A stretch of 38,070 nt of DNA from Amoeboaphelidium occidentale (Eukaryota): the NCBI GenBank assembly GCA_023515795.1, contig JALGPX010000027.1, forward strand, positions 62,001 through 100,070, read 5' to 3'. Position numbers and translations under genes: made by a program. Below the pieces are notes generated by a model that did no database searches, was not told where the DNA came from, and saw nothing but the letters and a program-made list of their open reading frames with translations. Each line of letters begins with the position of its first letter. Position 1 is the stretch's first letter. Positions 1-13,330 of the stretch are shown here, one piece after another.

Positions 1-675
1 TGTCTTCCCATTAGAAAATCTGTCAATCAGCGAAAGAATAGCAGCCGTAAGGATTTCGGTGATTACCAGACGAACAGCCTCGCTCTCGTACTCTTGTCCC
101 CTTAATACCATGCCTCGAAGCAATAGATCAACGTAATGTTCAATATAAAGACGCTCAATATCCCTGCTTTTAAGAGCTTCGTGTGGATTCCGCAATAGAA
201 ACATCTCTTCTGTATCAATGTCATTGAGATCCCGGAATAGATGCCGTAAAACAACGGGTAAATCTTTAAGTATTAGTCCATGGAAATCAACTTGTAAGAA
301 TCCAGCCTCAATCGACTGCATTCCAGATGACAGAGTCTCGAACACAACACTGACAAACTCATCAGCAGTGTTCTTTCCTGAGTCACTGGCTATCTGACTT
401 CCATACCAACTAACGACGTAGTCCTGCACAAAAAGTAAAGCAATCTTTCGTAGTTCCTCGTCTAATGAATCCTCTGAAGCGAATTTGATTCTGTTGGCCG
501 TTTCTTCCAAAGTGGCTTTTCTGGCTGGCGAAGGAGATGATGGTTGAGCATCTATTGTGAGCGATAGTGTCCGACTGTGCGAGGGAGGATGACCGGGTGA
601 GCCGTTGGATAATCGCAGTAGTCCTCCTTTGCTGCGATTTTTGATGGCGAGCGATTTCACGGGCGATGCAGACAT
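1..675 (-). CDS. PXA-domain protein (SNX13/14/Mdm1/Nvj3-like family), 3'-truncated by the window edge
   Basis: Manual translation from ATG at 675 is open for 225 codons to position 1: MSASPVKS...LDEELRKIALLFVQDYVVSWY...VDFHGLILKDLPVVLRH...PHEALKSRDIERLYI...EYESEAVRLVITEIL. This fits the PXA pattern (DFVxSWY; HPAL..E). It is absent from the ORF track; the listed 410..694 ORF is a different frame. Confidence 0.75.
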   Translation of the reverse strand, partial: MSASPVKSLAIKNRSKGGLLRLSNGSPGHPPSHSRTLSLTIDAQPSSPSPARKATLEETANRIKFASEDSLDEELRKIALLFVQDYVVSWYGSQIASDSGKNTADEFVSVVFETLSSGMQSIEAGFLQVDFHGLILKDLPVVLRHLFRDLNDIDTEEMFLLRNPHEALKSRDIERLYIEHYVDLLLRGMVLRGQEYESEAVRLVITEILTAAILSLIDRFSNGKT

Positions 676-775
676 CTTGATAAAAGATTTGCATTTCACG
701 TGCAACTAGACGTGTAACCGATATTATTCCAATTTATTATCGCGTCTCCACTTTAGACGCATTCTTTTAGTTTAC

Positions 776-2908
776 TTAATCGATCTCTTCCATCTTAGAC
801 TCAACAGCAACTTCTTCCAAAGCTGGCATGTCAGCTGGAGCTGGAGTAGCAGCTGATTCACCTTCTGCTTCAGATTCATCTAGACCCAAACCTAAGCTCA
901 AGATTCTGTAGATTCTTGATGCATATTGTTGTGGGTTCTCCAAAGAGAATCCGCTAGTCAACATTGCTGTTTCAAACATCATGTTGATCAAATCCTTGAC
1001 AGTCTTGTCATTCTTGTCAGCTTCAACCTTTTCCTTCAATGCAACAACAATAGGGTGCTTTGGGTTGATTTCCATGTTCTTCTTGCTCTGCATGTAAGTG
1101 CTCATGCCTTGGTTGGACAAACTCTGAGCCTTCATGATTCTCTCCATGTTTGCAGACCAGCCAAAGGTTGAAGTAGACAAGATAGCTGGAGACTGGTCCA
1201 AAAGGTGAGAAACAACAACCTTCTCAACCTTTGATCCAAGAACTTCCTGAATAACAGTGCACAAGTTTGTGAACTTGGTCTTTTCTTCTTCAAGTCTCTT
1301 CTTCTCTTCTTCGTCCTCTTCCAATTCAATACCTTCCTTGGTGACACAGACCAACTTCTTTCCTTCGTATTCACGCAATTGCTGAACAGAGTATTCATCA
1401 ATAGGGTCAGTCATCAACAAAACTTCGTAGTTCTTCTTCTTCAAAGTTTCCAAGAAAGGAGAGTTCTCAATAGCAGCTCTTGATTCACCGGTAATGTAGT
1501 AAATATCCTTCTGCTTCTCGTTCATACGAGTGACATAGTCCTTCAAGGAGACCATTTCTTCACCGCTCTTGGTTGAGTGGAAACGCAAGAATTCAGCCAA
1601 CTTCTGACGGTTGTTTGAATCTTCGTGAATGCCCAACTTGATGTTCTTGGAGAATGCTTCGTAGAACTTCTTGAAGTTTTCCTTGTCTTCTGCAATCTCA
1701 GAGAACAATTCCAGTACCTTCTTGACCAAGTTCTTCTTGATGACCTTCAAGATCTTGTTCTGTTGCAACATTTCACGAGAAATGTTCAAAGGCAAATCTT
1801 CAGAGTCAACAACACCCTTAACAAAAGACAACCAGTCAGGGATCAATTCTTCACAGTCATCCATGATGAAGACACGACGGACATACAACTTGATGTTGTT
1901 GCGCTTCTTTCTCTGTTCAAACATGTCGAATGGAGCACGACGTGGAATGAACAAGATTGCACGGAATTCCAATTGACCTTCAACAGAAAAGTGCTTGACA
2001 GCCAAGTGATCTTCCCAGTCGTTGGACAATGCCTTGTAGAAAGATGCATATTCTTCCTGAGTAATGTCATCAGGGTTACGTGTCCACAAAGGCTTGGTCT
2101 TGTTCAATTCTTCCTGTTCCTTGACCTTCTCCTTGATAGTCTTCTTCTTTGGCTCCTTCTTCTCTTCATCTTCGTTGACTTCTTCAACCTTTGGTTCACC
2201 GTCTTCGGTCTTCTTTTCCTCAGAAGTGGACTCTTCAGGTTCTTCCTCAACTTCCTTCTCGACTTCCTTTTCAACCAACAATTGAATTGGGTAGCCAATG
2301 AATTCAGAGTGCTTCTTGACGATTTCCTTGATACGCTTCTCTTCCAAGTACTCCAATTGGTCTTCCTTCAAGTACAACTTCATCAAAGTACCACGACCCA
2401 AAGGTTCGTTTTCAGTGTCCAAGGTGATGGTGAAAGAACCACCAGCAGATGAAGACCAGACATACTGTTCATCATCATTGTGCTTGGTAACAACTTCAAC
2501 CTTGTCAGCCACCAAGTATGCAGAGTAGAAACCAACACCAAACTGACCAATCATGGAAATATCAGCACCTTGTTGAATAGCTTCCATAAATGCCTTTGTA
2601 CCAGATTTTGCGATGGTACCCAAGTTGTTAACCAAATCAGCCTTTGTCATACCAATACCAGTATCGCGGATCATCAAGATCTTGTTTTCCTTATCAGGGA
2701 CGATAGAGATGTACAGATCCTTGCCACTTTCCAAAGCTTCTGGCTTGGTCAAAGAAATGTAACGAATCTTGTCCAAAGCATCAGACGCGTTGGAGATCAA
2801 TTCTCTCAAGAAGATTTGCTTGTCGCTGTAGAATGTGTTGATAATCAACGACATCAACTGAGAAATCTCAGCCTGGAATGAATAGGTTTCGCTTTGTGGT
2901 GCAGCCAT
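776..2908 (-). CDS. HSP90: Cytosolic heat shock protein 90
   Basis: [45 protein letters not shown], charged linker, C-terminal MEEID; intronless 710 aa. Confidence 0.99.
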   Translation of the reverse strand: MAAPQSETYSFQAEISQLMSLIINTFYSDKQIFLRELISNASDALDKIRYISLTKPEALESGKDLYISIVPDKENKILMIRDTGIGMTKADLVNNLGTIAKSGTKAFMEAIQQGADISMIGQFGVGFYSAYLVADKVEVVTKHNDDEQYVWSSSAGGSFTITLDTENEPLGRGTLMKLYLKEDQLEYLEEKRIKEIVKKHSEFIGYPIQLLVEKEVEKEVEEEPEESTSEEKKTEDGEPKVEEVNEDEEKKEPKKKTIKEKVKEQEELNKTKPLWTRNPDDITQEEYASFYKALSNDWEDHLAVKHFSVEGQLEFRAILFIPRRAPFDMFEQRKKRNNIKLYVRRVFIMDDCEELIPDWLSFVKGVVDSEDLPLNISREMLQQNKILKVIKKNLVKKVLELFSEIAEDKENFKKFYEAFSKNIKLGIHEDSNNRQKLAEFLRFHSTKSGEEMVSLKDYVTRMNEKQKDIYYITGESRAAIENSPFLETLKKKNYEVLLMTDPIDEYSVQQLREYEGKKLVCVTKEGIELEEDEEEKKRLEEEKTKFTNLCTVIQEVLGSKVEKVVVSHLLDQSPAILSTSTFGWSANMERIMKAQSLSNQGMSTYMQSKKNMEINPKHPIVVALKEKVEADKNDKTVKDLINMMFETAMLTSGFSLENPQQYASRIYRILSLGLGLDESEAEGESAATPAPADMPALEEVAVESKMEEID

Positions 2909-2927
2909 TTTATTCGTTAGTTAAGTC

Positions 2928-2972
2928 CTACACGAGTTAGCTAATTAGACTCTAAGCCGGATAAGAGCTTAC
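2928..2972 (-). other. Putative 45-nt 5'UTR intron of HSP90
   Basis: Minus strand reads GTAAGC...GCTAAC(branch point)TCGTGTAG, ending about 20 nt upstream of the ATG. Confidence 0.6.
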
Positions 2973-3074
2973 CTCGTAAAATGAAAAGTTAACTTTGGAA
3001 TGAAAGTAAGAAAATAATGTGGATTGCGAGCCCGGCTTTATGTGTGATCGCCACGTTGCATTTTCGAGCCGATT

Positions 3075-3089
3075 GGAACATTGTCGAAT
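3075..3089. promoter_or_regulatory. Imperfect heat-shock element upstream of HSP90
   Basis: gGAAcaTTGtcGAAt: nGAAn/nTTCn alternation with one mismatch, about 170 bp upstream of the ATG. Confidence 0.3.
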
Positions 3090-3149
3090 CTTATCGTTTC
3101 GATCGAGGTTACATGCAACCACGCAGAAATTTAATAAACTTGGCGAATT

Positions 3150-5249
3150 CTATTTGGAAAATCTTAGAGCTTTCAGTCTAGGCAGCTCATTTGCGTTGAA
3201 TATAGTTTGAGACAAGAAGATCTCATCGAATTCTTCTGCTGATGAAGCATTGAGAAGTTCTGCCATCTGAAACAATCTACTAAACCACTCTTTTACTCCA
3301 TTTTTGGAGTGTCTTCCTAGAGCTTGTACCAATAATCTTAAATCTTTATCAAACTTCAAAGCACCTAGCGCATTAAATTCTTTCTGGCCTGACTGAGCCA
3401 ATAAGAACTTTTCATATTCTCGCGAGACATGTTCACAGATATTTCCAATGAATAATGTCATATTAGGCTCATCCAACACTTTTAAAACGCTCATCACATT
3501 CAAGAAATTCTCTACCTCTGATGTGAACTTCAGGACATTCAGCTCTGAACTATCAGAGAATTCGTTATCATTAAGTTTGAATTTAAATGGCCCAAATATA
3601 TGTTCGACCATTAACGATTTAACCCGCGGTTTAATTTGTTGTTTGTAAAAATTTGCTAAATTAGACTTGAGTTGATTATCAAATTGTTGCGACAACGTTT
3701 GTTTTAGTGGAAACAAGCAAGAAACAACCTTTTCAGATATTACACTGCCATTCAAAGATTCCTCGAACTGTTCACACAGTTGAAATAGATAGCGATGACT
3801 TTGTTCAAAGTGGTTCATAACTGTAAGAAATCGTTCTTGTTGTCCACTTGGATTTGTTAGAATCATTTGCAGCATCCTGAGTAAGCCATTCTGTAAATAA
3901 TCTATATCAAGNNNNNNNNNNNNNNNNNNNCGATGACTTTGTTCAAAGTGGTTCATAACTGTAAGAAATCCTTCTTGTTGTCCACTTGGATTTGTTAGAA
4001 TCATTTGCAGCATCCTGAGTAAGCCATTCTGTAAATAATCTATATCAAGGCACTGGGAAACTAGGTTCAGGGCTACGCAAATAGTGTCTTCATCTTCGCT
4101 CTTGATGGCTCGACTCAATACATTCTTGCACAAGTAGAAAGAATCTTCAACAAACATTGAACCGTTATCAGGCGAACTTGAGCTTTCCTTTACCGCGCGC
4201 TTCAATGAGTGCTGCAAGAAGAAAGATTCTAAAGGAATGTAATTAATTGAAAGAAATTCCTTCATCTTTTTCAGAAGCAGCTTGGCCGTAAACTCTTGTT
4301 GACTTTTGATCATTATAAATCTTCGAAACAGCGACACTTTCTGACTCATTAAAACAAGTTCCTCTACAGCTAAAGCAACTTGTTTCATATCAACTTGGCC
4401 GGTAGATATTTGAACGAGCTTTCTGTCGAGCTCTCTTTGTTCCTTGTAAGTATCAATAATGCGATCGAGAAAATTCAAAGCTTCCTTCTCAAATACTTCA
4501 AACACGCTGTTACCAACATCAATTGATGCATTCTTGAATATCGCTAGTTGTCTTTCAATTAAATCTGCAAAGACCTCCAAGTATCTTGTCAGTATATCAA
4601 CACAAAGAAACTCTTTCGCTGTTATCGCTGGTAAAGTGCTTGATCGTTTTAAAACTTGTATCGTATGGTTCAGACATATATCAACAGCTTCATTTGTCTC
4701 GTTAGCCTTAACAAACATCTTTAAAGTAGAAATTGTTGCCGCTGGATCCTCAATTGATTTGCTTAGTCTTTCGCTCAAGCATTTAACAAATTGTTCCTTA
4801 GCAGCACCAACTTTCCCCTGTTTAGCAACAATTATAGAAATGGCCTCAGAAACTTGGTCAAGTAGCGTGTCGCTTACGGAGTTCCTGTCCACTGCAGCCA
4901 TGAACTCTCGTAAAACCTGATGGGATTCCGACAGCACTTCTTCCTGTTCTAAATCCCTTAAAACTTGCAATACTCTGGTTTGCTCTTCATCCAAGACTCT
5001 TACTTTTCCAGATATTTGCCTCGCGACTAAGGCTGTACTTGAGACGACATTGTCAAGGTTCTCCAAGTCTTTCATCGTTGAGCCCAACTTTTGCAATAAA
5101 GATTCATGCCTGGTCTCTGGAAGCGGTATGGAAATCAGCCGGTCTAATTTAGAGTCCAGCTCCTCCTGCTTTCCTTCCAGTACAAGGATATGTTGCTTAA
5201 TGGCATTCAAGTCTGCAAGTTCCGATACGTCCTCGATTCCAACGGTCAT
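3150..5249 (-). CDS. COG4: Conserved oligomeric Golgi complex subunit 4
   Basis: SMFVEDSFYLCKNVLSRAI and C-terminal FNALGALKFDKDLRLL...FSRLFQMAELLN match COG4; N-terminal coiled coil. Likely start is MTVG at 5249, since the ATG at 5285 overlaps the MTR4 stop. Contains an N gap (3912-3930) with a duplicated segment. Confidence 0.85.
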   Translation of the reverse strand: MTVGIEDVSELADLNAIKQHILVLEGKQEELDSKLDRLISIPLPETRHESLLQKLGSTMKDLENLDNVVSSTALVARQISGKVRVLDEEQTRVLQVLRDLEQEEVLSESHQVLREFMAAVDRNSVSDTLLDQVSEAISIIVAKQGKVGAAKEQFVKCLSERLSKSIEDPAATISTLKMFVKANETNEAVDICLNHTIQVLKRSSTLPAITAKEFLCVDILTRYLEVFADLIERQLAIFKNASIDVGNSVFEVFEKEALNFLDRIIDTYKEQRELDRKLVQISTGQVDMKQVALAVEELVLMSQKVSLFRRFIMIKSQQEFTAKLLLKKMKEFLSINYIPLESFFLQHSLKRAVKESSSSPDNGSMFVEDSFYLCKNVLSRAIKSEDEDTICVALNLVSQCLDIDYLQNGLLRMLQMILTNPSGQQEGFLTVMNHFEQSHXXXXXXXLDIDYLQNGLLRMLQMILTNPSGQQERFLTVMNHFEQSHRYLFQLCEQFEESLNGSVISEKVVSCLFPLKQTLSQQFDNQLKSNLANFYKQQIKPRVKSLMVEHIFGPFKFKLNDNEFSDSSELNVLKFTSEVENFLNVMSVLKVLDEPNMTLFIGNICEHVSREYEKFLLAQSGQKEFNALGALKFDKDLRLLVQALGRHSKNGVKEWFSRLFQMAELLNASSAEEFDEIFLSQTIFNANELPRLKALRFSK

Positions 5250-5284
5250 CAAAGATTTCAAACGAAAAAGAAAAAATCTATTCA

Positions 5285-8200
5285 TTATAGATATAAACTT
5301 GCAGCAAACACAATATCACGCTTAATCTTTGCAGAGGCTTCTTGAAATTTGTTCTCAAGATCTTCATTACCGATTTGTTTCGCTCCAGCAATCATTTGTC
5401 TTAGTAACTCTTCAAGACGACGTAAAGCACGAATAATAGAACCCTCGAAAATATCAGACGTCTTACAAATATCAACAAATTTAGCACCACATGCCCAGTC
5501 ATAAGCTACAGGCATCATTGTAGAAGTGAACTTCTGGACATATTCCTCTTCATTCAGTTCGATTTTGGATTCTATAGAGATTTTTGCTATCCTTCTAGCT
5601 GTTTCTTGAAGAAGTTTAAATGGAGCTTCTAGATGCGGTTTCAGAACAACTTCATTAGAAGTCCTTTCTTGTGTATCCACACAGCAACTCAGTAAAGCAA
5701 CAACTTGTTCAGGTGTTAAATCAGTGAATGCACCATTAAAAATCAACTCGGTCAACACAAGCTCGTCTCCAGCAGAAATTTCACAAGCAACACGGCCTTT
5801 CAATTCAATAACGTCTGAATTTGTAGTGAAGCCTAAACGGCGAAGAACACGCATTCTCTGCTTCAATTCATCCAGCTTTATGATGCTGGTCACTTGCTTG
5901 ACTTTCTTCTTCAAATCTTTGATTTTGGTTTCAACTTCAGCTCTTCTACAGTATGCGTCGTAAGCTTGTTTGATGCTTGGATCATCAGAACGTTGGCTGA
6001 CAAGTGTTTTTGATAAAACGCCTTCTAGTTTTTCAATCTTCTGCATAAGTTTCACAAAATCATCATCTCTGATATTCATGTCTGCAATAGGATCGAGTAT
6101 TGGAATCTTATTCTCAAACCTACGCAGCACTTCCTGTTGACTCTTTAGCATCATTTGGCGGGAATCTGTTCGTCGTAGATCCTTCTGCATGTACACTCTC
6201 ACAGTTGATATACCAAACATTTGATCAAGTGTAACTGGAATTACAACCATCTCTCCTCGTTCTTTTGCAGGTTTTGGAAACAAACCTGAATCAACCATAT
6301 CCTGCGCACGGCGTTCACAATGTGCAAGACAAGAAACAATATAAGTAACAGTGTCTTTGGAATCTTCAGAATTTTTCTTCAACTTTTTCGTGAAACTGAC
6401 TACAACACACCAGCCATAATCAGAACCATCGATTTCGACCTTAACAAGTCTTCCTGGTTGAATAAAAGGTAAACAGTAAGTTGGANATGTGCAAGACAAG
6501 AAACAATATAAGTAACAGTGTCTTTGGAATCTTCAGAATTTTTCTTCATCTTTTTCGTGAAACTGACTACAACACACCAGCCATAATCAGAACCATCGAT
6601 TTCGACCTTAACAAGTCTTCCTGGTTGAATAAAAGGTAAACAGTAAGTTGGATGATGAACAACGTCACGAACATCTTTCCTGTATTGTTCCAACTGCTTT
6701 CGAACATTGTAATATTCTTCCATTTGACTGGTAACATCTTTTTCTTCAAACATCACTTTAATTTCGTTGNNNNNNNNNTTCACGAACATCTTTCCTGTAT
6801 TGGTCCAACTGCTTTCGAACATTGTAATATTCTTCCATTTGACTGGTAACATCTTTTTCTTCAAACATCACTTTAATTTCGTTGGCTTCTTCTTCATACT
6901 CAGCAATAGCAGCTTCCAGTTTTGGAACTGAAGCGGAGTTCTGGAATTGATAAAAAGACTTCTGCAACATGTATTCTGGTTCAACTCCGTCAATACGAAG
7001 CAAATTCAATATCATGGAATACTTTTGATGGAAAGCAGACTTCAAAGCATCTGATTTTCCTTGCATGGTGTTCTTTACAGAGTCCGGGTCCAAACCTCCG
7101 GAAAGCATAAGAATAACAATACCACGATCATCAAGACCTCTTCTACCAGCACGACCAGACATTTGTATGTATTCACCACTGCTCAACATTCTCTGTTCAC
7201 TACCATCAAACTTCTTAATGTTTGTAAACACAACAGTTTTAGCAGGCATATTCAAACCAATAGAAAAGGTTTCTGTCGCAAAAAGCACTTTGATGAGACC
7301 TTCTTGGAAGAGAATCTCAATAACTTCTTTCAGAATAGGCAACAAACCACTGTGATGAATTCCAATGCCACGCTGAAGCAAAGGAAGCAAGTGCTGAATT
7401 TGAGGAAGCTCTCTATCATCTTCGCCAAGGCATGATATTGCATTCTTGAAAACAGAGGTTATCAGAGTTCTTTCATCATCAGAGCTAAAATCTAGCTTTG
7501 ATAATTGCAGTGCATTCGACTCGCACTCTCTTTTACTGAAAGAGAACACTATGACAGGCTGATAATTTCTTTGCCAAACCATTCGAACAATTTTGTAAAG
7601 ATCAGAATTCTGGGATTTTTGTTGTTGCTTCGAAGGACCCTTTTGTTGATTCTGTGGCTTGGTTTCTAATTTAGAAAAAGCTTGTGCAAAGTTCTTTTCC
7701 TTAAACACGGACTTTTCATCAACAATCAAGTGAATACCATCTCCGCCTTGAGGAAAAATATACTACAAATAGAGAAATTAGTCTGTTCTTTCTTTTTTAA
7801 TAGAAAGAAAATCTGAAAAGCGTCAAGTCAGAGTAACTATGACATAAATATGTTATCATTGTTAAATCCACCCAAAACGGGCAGAAGTACAAACTCCAAT
7901 GAATAAGTCATCATCATACTTGATTACGCTTTTCAGATTTTCAATTAAGAAAAAAAGACTTACATGCTGAAGAGGAACAGGACGATAATCAGTGTAAACA
8001 ACATGGCATGGCTGCTGATGAACTTGACAAATCCATTCAGAGAATTCAACAGCGTTGGGTATTGTAGCAGAAAGAAAAACATAACGAACTTTGTGAGGCA
8101 GTAAAATAATAGATTCTTCCCAAACAACACCACGCTCTTTGTCTCTCATATAGTGCACTTCGTCGAAAATGACCCAAGATACTTCGCGCATATGCTCTGA

Positions 8201-9071
8201 ACCTCTGTACATCATTGATCTCAGAATTTCTGTGGTCATCACCAGACAAGAAGCAGATGGATTAATTGTAGTGTCACCAGTTTGTAAACCAACATCACCA
8301 AATTCAGCCAAAAGCTCACGATACTTTTGATTAGACAAAGCCTATACAGGAAGAAGATAAGTTAGTAAACTTCTTTAAACAGACAACCCAGGGAGTGTAG
8401 CTCATTAGGAACAATTAGAAATTTTATAATCACTTCGTTATCATTTCCCCTTTTGTAATCACAGCGCTCCTGTAGGTTCAGAAGAATAAACTTACTTTAA
8501 TAGGACTTGTGTAAATGACTCTCTGCTTATTCTTCAATGCAGTTGCAACAGCGTACTCAGCAACAACAGTTTTACCAGCAGAAGTGTGCGCAGAAACCAA
8601 AACACTTTCATTGCGTTCAATGCACGCAACAGACACTTTCTGAAACGGATCCAATTCAAAAGGATAAGATCGATTAGGAGGATTCAAGTATTTGTGTTCT
8701 GAGATCGGAGTGTAATTGTAATCCTTTGGAATTGAGACTTCGTGTCTAATTTGATGGTTGATCTTCACGGGAGACTCAACATTCTCAGCTTTTGTCCCAG
8801 TCTCAGCGTCATACTGCGCAGGCACGAATTCTTTGGATTTTTCTTCTTCAAAAGCATCAACAACTTCGTACTTCTTTTCTTGTACTTTGACCTTCTTTGA
8901 TAAAGACTTTGCAGCGCTTGGTAAATTCTGTTGAGACTTTTCTACGCGCTCAGGTTCGCGTTCTCTTTTCAGGTGCAGCGCAGATTCGATGGCTTCTTCA
9001 GAGGCTTTTTCATTGAACACGTCAAAAAGGGAATCGTCAGCGGTTTTCTTTGTTGAAGAAGCGGAAAACAT
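5285..9071 (-). CDS. MTR4: Exosome RNA helicase Mtr4 (Ski2-like DExH)
   Basis: [44 protein letters not shown], arch/KOW region, C-terminal [11 protein letters not shown]. Introns at 8342-8495 and 7763-7963 give PIK|ALSNQ and PLQH|YIFP. Gap-associated duplications near 6486 and 6770 break the ORF track. Confidence 0.96.
7823..7922 (-). ncRNA. Intronic box C/D snoRNA, snR63/SNORD46-like (predicted target LSU rRNA Am2256, yeast numbering)
   Basis: In MTR4 intron 2. C box ATGATGA (7911-7917), D box CTGA (7828-7831), 12-nt guide GTCATAGTTACT complementary to LSU helix 69 AGUAACUAUGAC, inner stem TCAAG/CTTGA, and a perfect 17-bp outer inverted repeat (7807-7823 / 7926-7942). Confidence 0.9.
8397..8467 (-). 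ncRNA. Intronic box C/D snoRNA, snR41/SNORD62-like (predicted target SSU rRNA Am541, yeast numbering)
   Basis: In MTR4 intron 1. C GTGATTA (8456-8462), D' ATGA (8441-8444), C' GTGATTA (8427-8433), D ATGA (8402-8405). Guide TTTCTAATTGTTCCT pairs with SSU AGGAACAAUUGGAGG (with G-U pairs). Flanking imperfect stem 8385-8395 / 8467-8478. Confidence 0.78.
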
Positions 9072-9225
9072 TTCCCTCAAAAGAAAAAATTCTTTCGGTT
9101 TTTTGTAGGCGCAGATCGTTTCACTTTCGACCTTTCACGGAAATAAGAAAAGTCAATTGCAGCAAAAGATATTCTATTTGTTTAAATATAAAAACCGTTC
9201 TTCTTCTCCGTAGTCGCATTCATTA

Positions 9226-9756
9226 TCAGGAATAAGTTGCTTCGTTCTCTCCACCGCTGTCTTCATCGTAACCTTCTCCGTTATCAAAGTACGTGTCGCC
9301 GTAATCGTTCTCTTCTTCATCTTCTTCGTCATCGTAATTCTCATCTTGTTGTTCATTATTCTGTTCTTCTTCGTCCTGGGGTTTCTGTGATTTGCTTTCG
9401 GCTAGGGCTTGCTCTGTGAGTTTCTGTAATTCTGCAGCATCGAATTTCACTGGGAGTTTCTGTTGCTTTTTACGTGTCGATGGTTGAGATAGTTCAGCAG
9501 GAATCAGGAGGAATCTTTGCTTTGTAATTTGTTCTTTAGGTCTTATCAAGAATCTGTCGCTGTACTTTTTGATTCTCGCAGCCTTCTCCTTCTGAGTCAC
9601 ACGGAATCTCTGTGGAATCCATAAACTCTCATCCAAAGGGTCAACACTCGGAGGCGTAATGTCCATCCGGGGAAATAATTCCGGAGGTTGATATTGCTTC
9701 AAGAAGTCGCGCTGTTCCTGTGTGTACTTTTTGCGTTGATCGCGTTTCGGAGGCAT
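9226..9756 (-). CDS. RPC31: RNA polymerase III subunit Rpc31 (POLR3G/RPC7)
   Basis: PPELFP, IKKYSDRF, acidic tail with NDYGDTYFDNGE...EATYS. Confidence 0.85.
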   Translation of the reverse strand: MPPKRDQRKKYTQEQRDFLKQYQPPELFPRMDITPPSVDPLDESLWIPQRFRVTQKEKAARIKKYSDRFLIRPKEQITKQRFLLIPAELSQPSTRKKQQKLPVKFDAAELQKLTEQALAESKSQKPQDEEEQNNEQQDENYDDEEDEEENDYGDTYFDNGEGYDEDSGGENEATYS

Positions 9757-9814
9757 CAGTTGTGGAAATACGAGGCTTTTCCTTTATTACGTTCTTGTTT
9801 CCTTCTTTTATCTT

Positions 9815-13082
<3,268 letters not shown>

Positions 13083-13330
13083 TTTTGAAATGATTCTGTG
13101 GTAGAAAACTGTGTTGCAGATCTGCCAGTTGTCGGCGCAGTGCAGTTTCGTAATTCCACTAGTTTCCGTGAGGCACAGGGATATCGTAACCATCAATAGC
13201 TTACCGTGATATAATTGCACACTTTAAGAACCTTATCAAGGAAGGGATCATCGTGAACCAGGGTTTGCGTCCAGCTAGCCTTGTCACAACTCAATCGCAA
13301 ACAAGCCATGCTTGATATTTCTTCGTCAGA

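Noticed and set aside
410..694. 94-aa ORF in the supplied track
   Set aside because: Alternate frame of the PXA-domain gene starting at 675.
776..793. HSP90 ending MEEID instead of MEEVD
   Set aside because: Conservative substitution; not evidence of novel function.
3792..4050. Direct repeat within COG4
   Set aside because: Flanks the N gap at 3912-3930; assembly overlap.
6320..6883. Apparent internal repeats and frameshifts in MTR4 (possible pseudogene)
   Set aside because: Both duplications flank N gaps (6486, 6770-6778); collapsing them restores a continuous frame.
8342..8495. MTR4 intron 1 as a TPP riboswitch or SECIS
   Set aside because: Lacks the TPP CUGAGA/AUACC core and convincing SECIS geometry; C/D boxes plus rRNA complementarity explain it better.
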